Shown piece after piece: positions 25,876 to 26,087 of a stretch of DNA of 26,087 bases (positions are counted from its first letter, which is position 1; each line of letters opens with the position of its first letter). The notes beneath the pieces were generated by a model. That model was given only the letters and a program-made list of their open reading frames with translations, was not told where the DNA came from and ran no database searches. A program made the translations under genes and the position numbers. The stretch lies in the NCBI GenBank assembly GCA_021160405.1, contig JAGHCO010000136.1, positions 1 through 26,087 of the forward strand, given 5' to 3'. The stretch comes from Candidatus Aerophobota bacterium (lineage in GTDB: Bacteria; Aerophobota; Aerophobia; Aerophobales; JAGHCO01).

Positions 25876-25953
25876 TATTCAGCCACCAAGACACAAAGAC
25901 ACCAAGTAAACCCGGTCTTAAAATTTTTAACGTCCTCTGTATCTTCAGTGGTT
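25876..25953. repeat. ccac..aag/agag-type repeat pair; the left part is a 31-bp inverted copy of 24445-24475
   Basis: tattcagccaccaagacacaaagacaccaag (25876-25906), plus a degenerate reverse unit cctctgtatcttcagtggtt (25934-25953). Confidence 0.75.
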
Positions 25954-26068
25954 AATTTTTTTAGCCAATGTGGAGAAATTTTTCTTTAATTCTTTAACTT
26001 TCACCTCTATTAGCATTTTTACAGGCCACCTTTCTATATTATCAGGGAAGCATTGTCAAATTCCTTTT

Positions 26069-26087
26069 CCCTCTTCCCCTGCGGGAG
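26069..26087. repeat. Possible start of a ccctctccc...gggagaggg palindromic repeat, cut by the window edge
   Basis: ccctcttcccctgcgggag at the extreme right end; the rest is not visible. Confidence 0.3.

Overview
Low-GC bacterial window from a probable anaerobe (taxon cannot be determined from the sequence alone), made mostly of central and amino-acid metabolism genes. Left: valS and a DUF1385 gene on the + strand. Centre, - strand: GntR/FCD regulator, PLP aminotransferase, a 1117-aa SHMT-GcvT'-GcvT fusion, gcvH, a THEP1-NTPase remnant, a stand-alone MetH activation-domain protein, a decayed alanine racemase, gcvPA and gcvPB. A fused single-chain transketolase is transcribed divergently from this cluster. 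Right, - strand: an APC permease-PTS EIIA fusion, porCDAB, pta and ackA. Far right: an AlbA_2/Schlafen-domain gene bracketed by a 31-bp inverted repeat. Several intergenic REP-like repeat types are present. The most interesting candidate system is the glycine/serine module built around the SHMT-GcvT fusion. It shares a candidate 18-bp operator with the divergent transketolase promoter. All family assignments come from recognising motifs by eye; no database searches were run.
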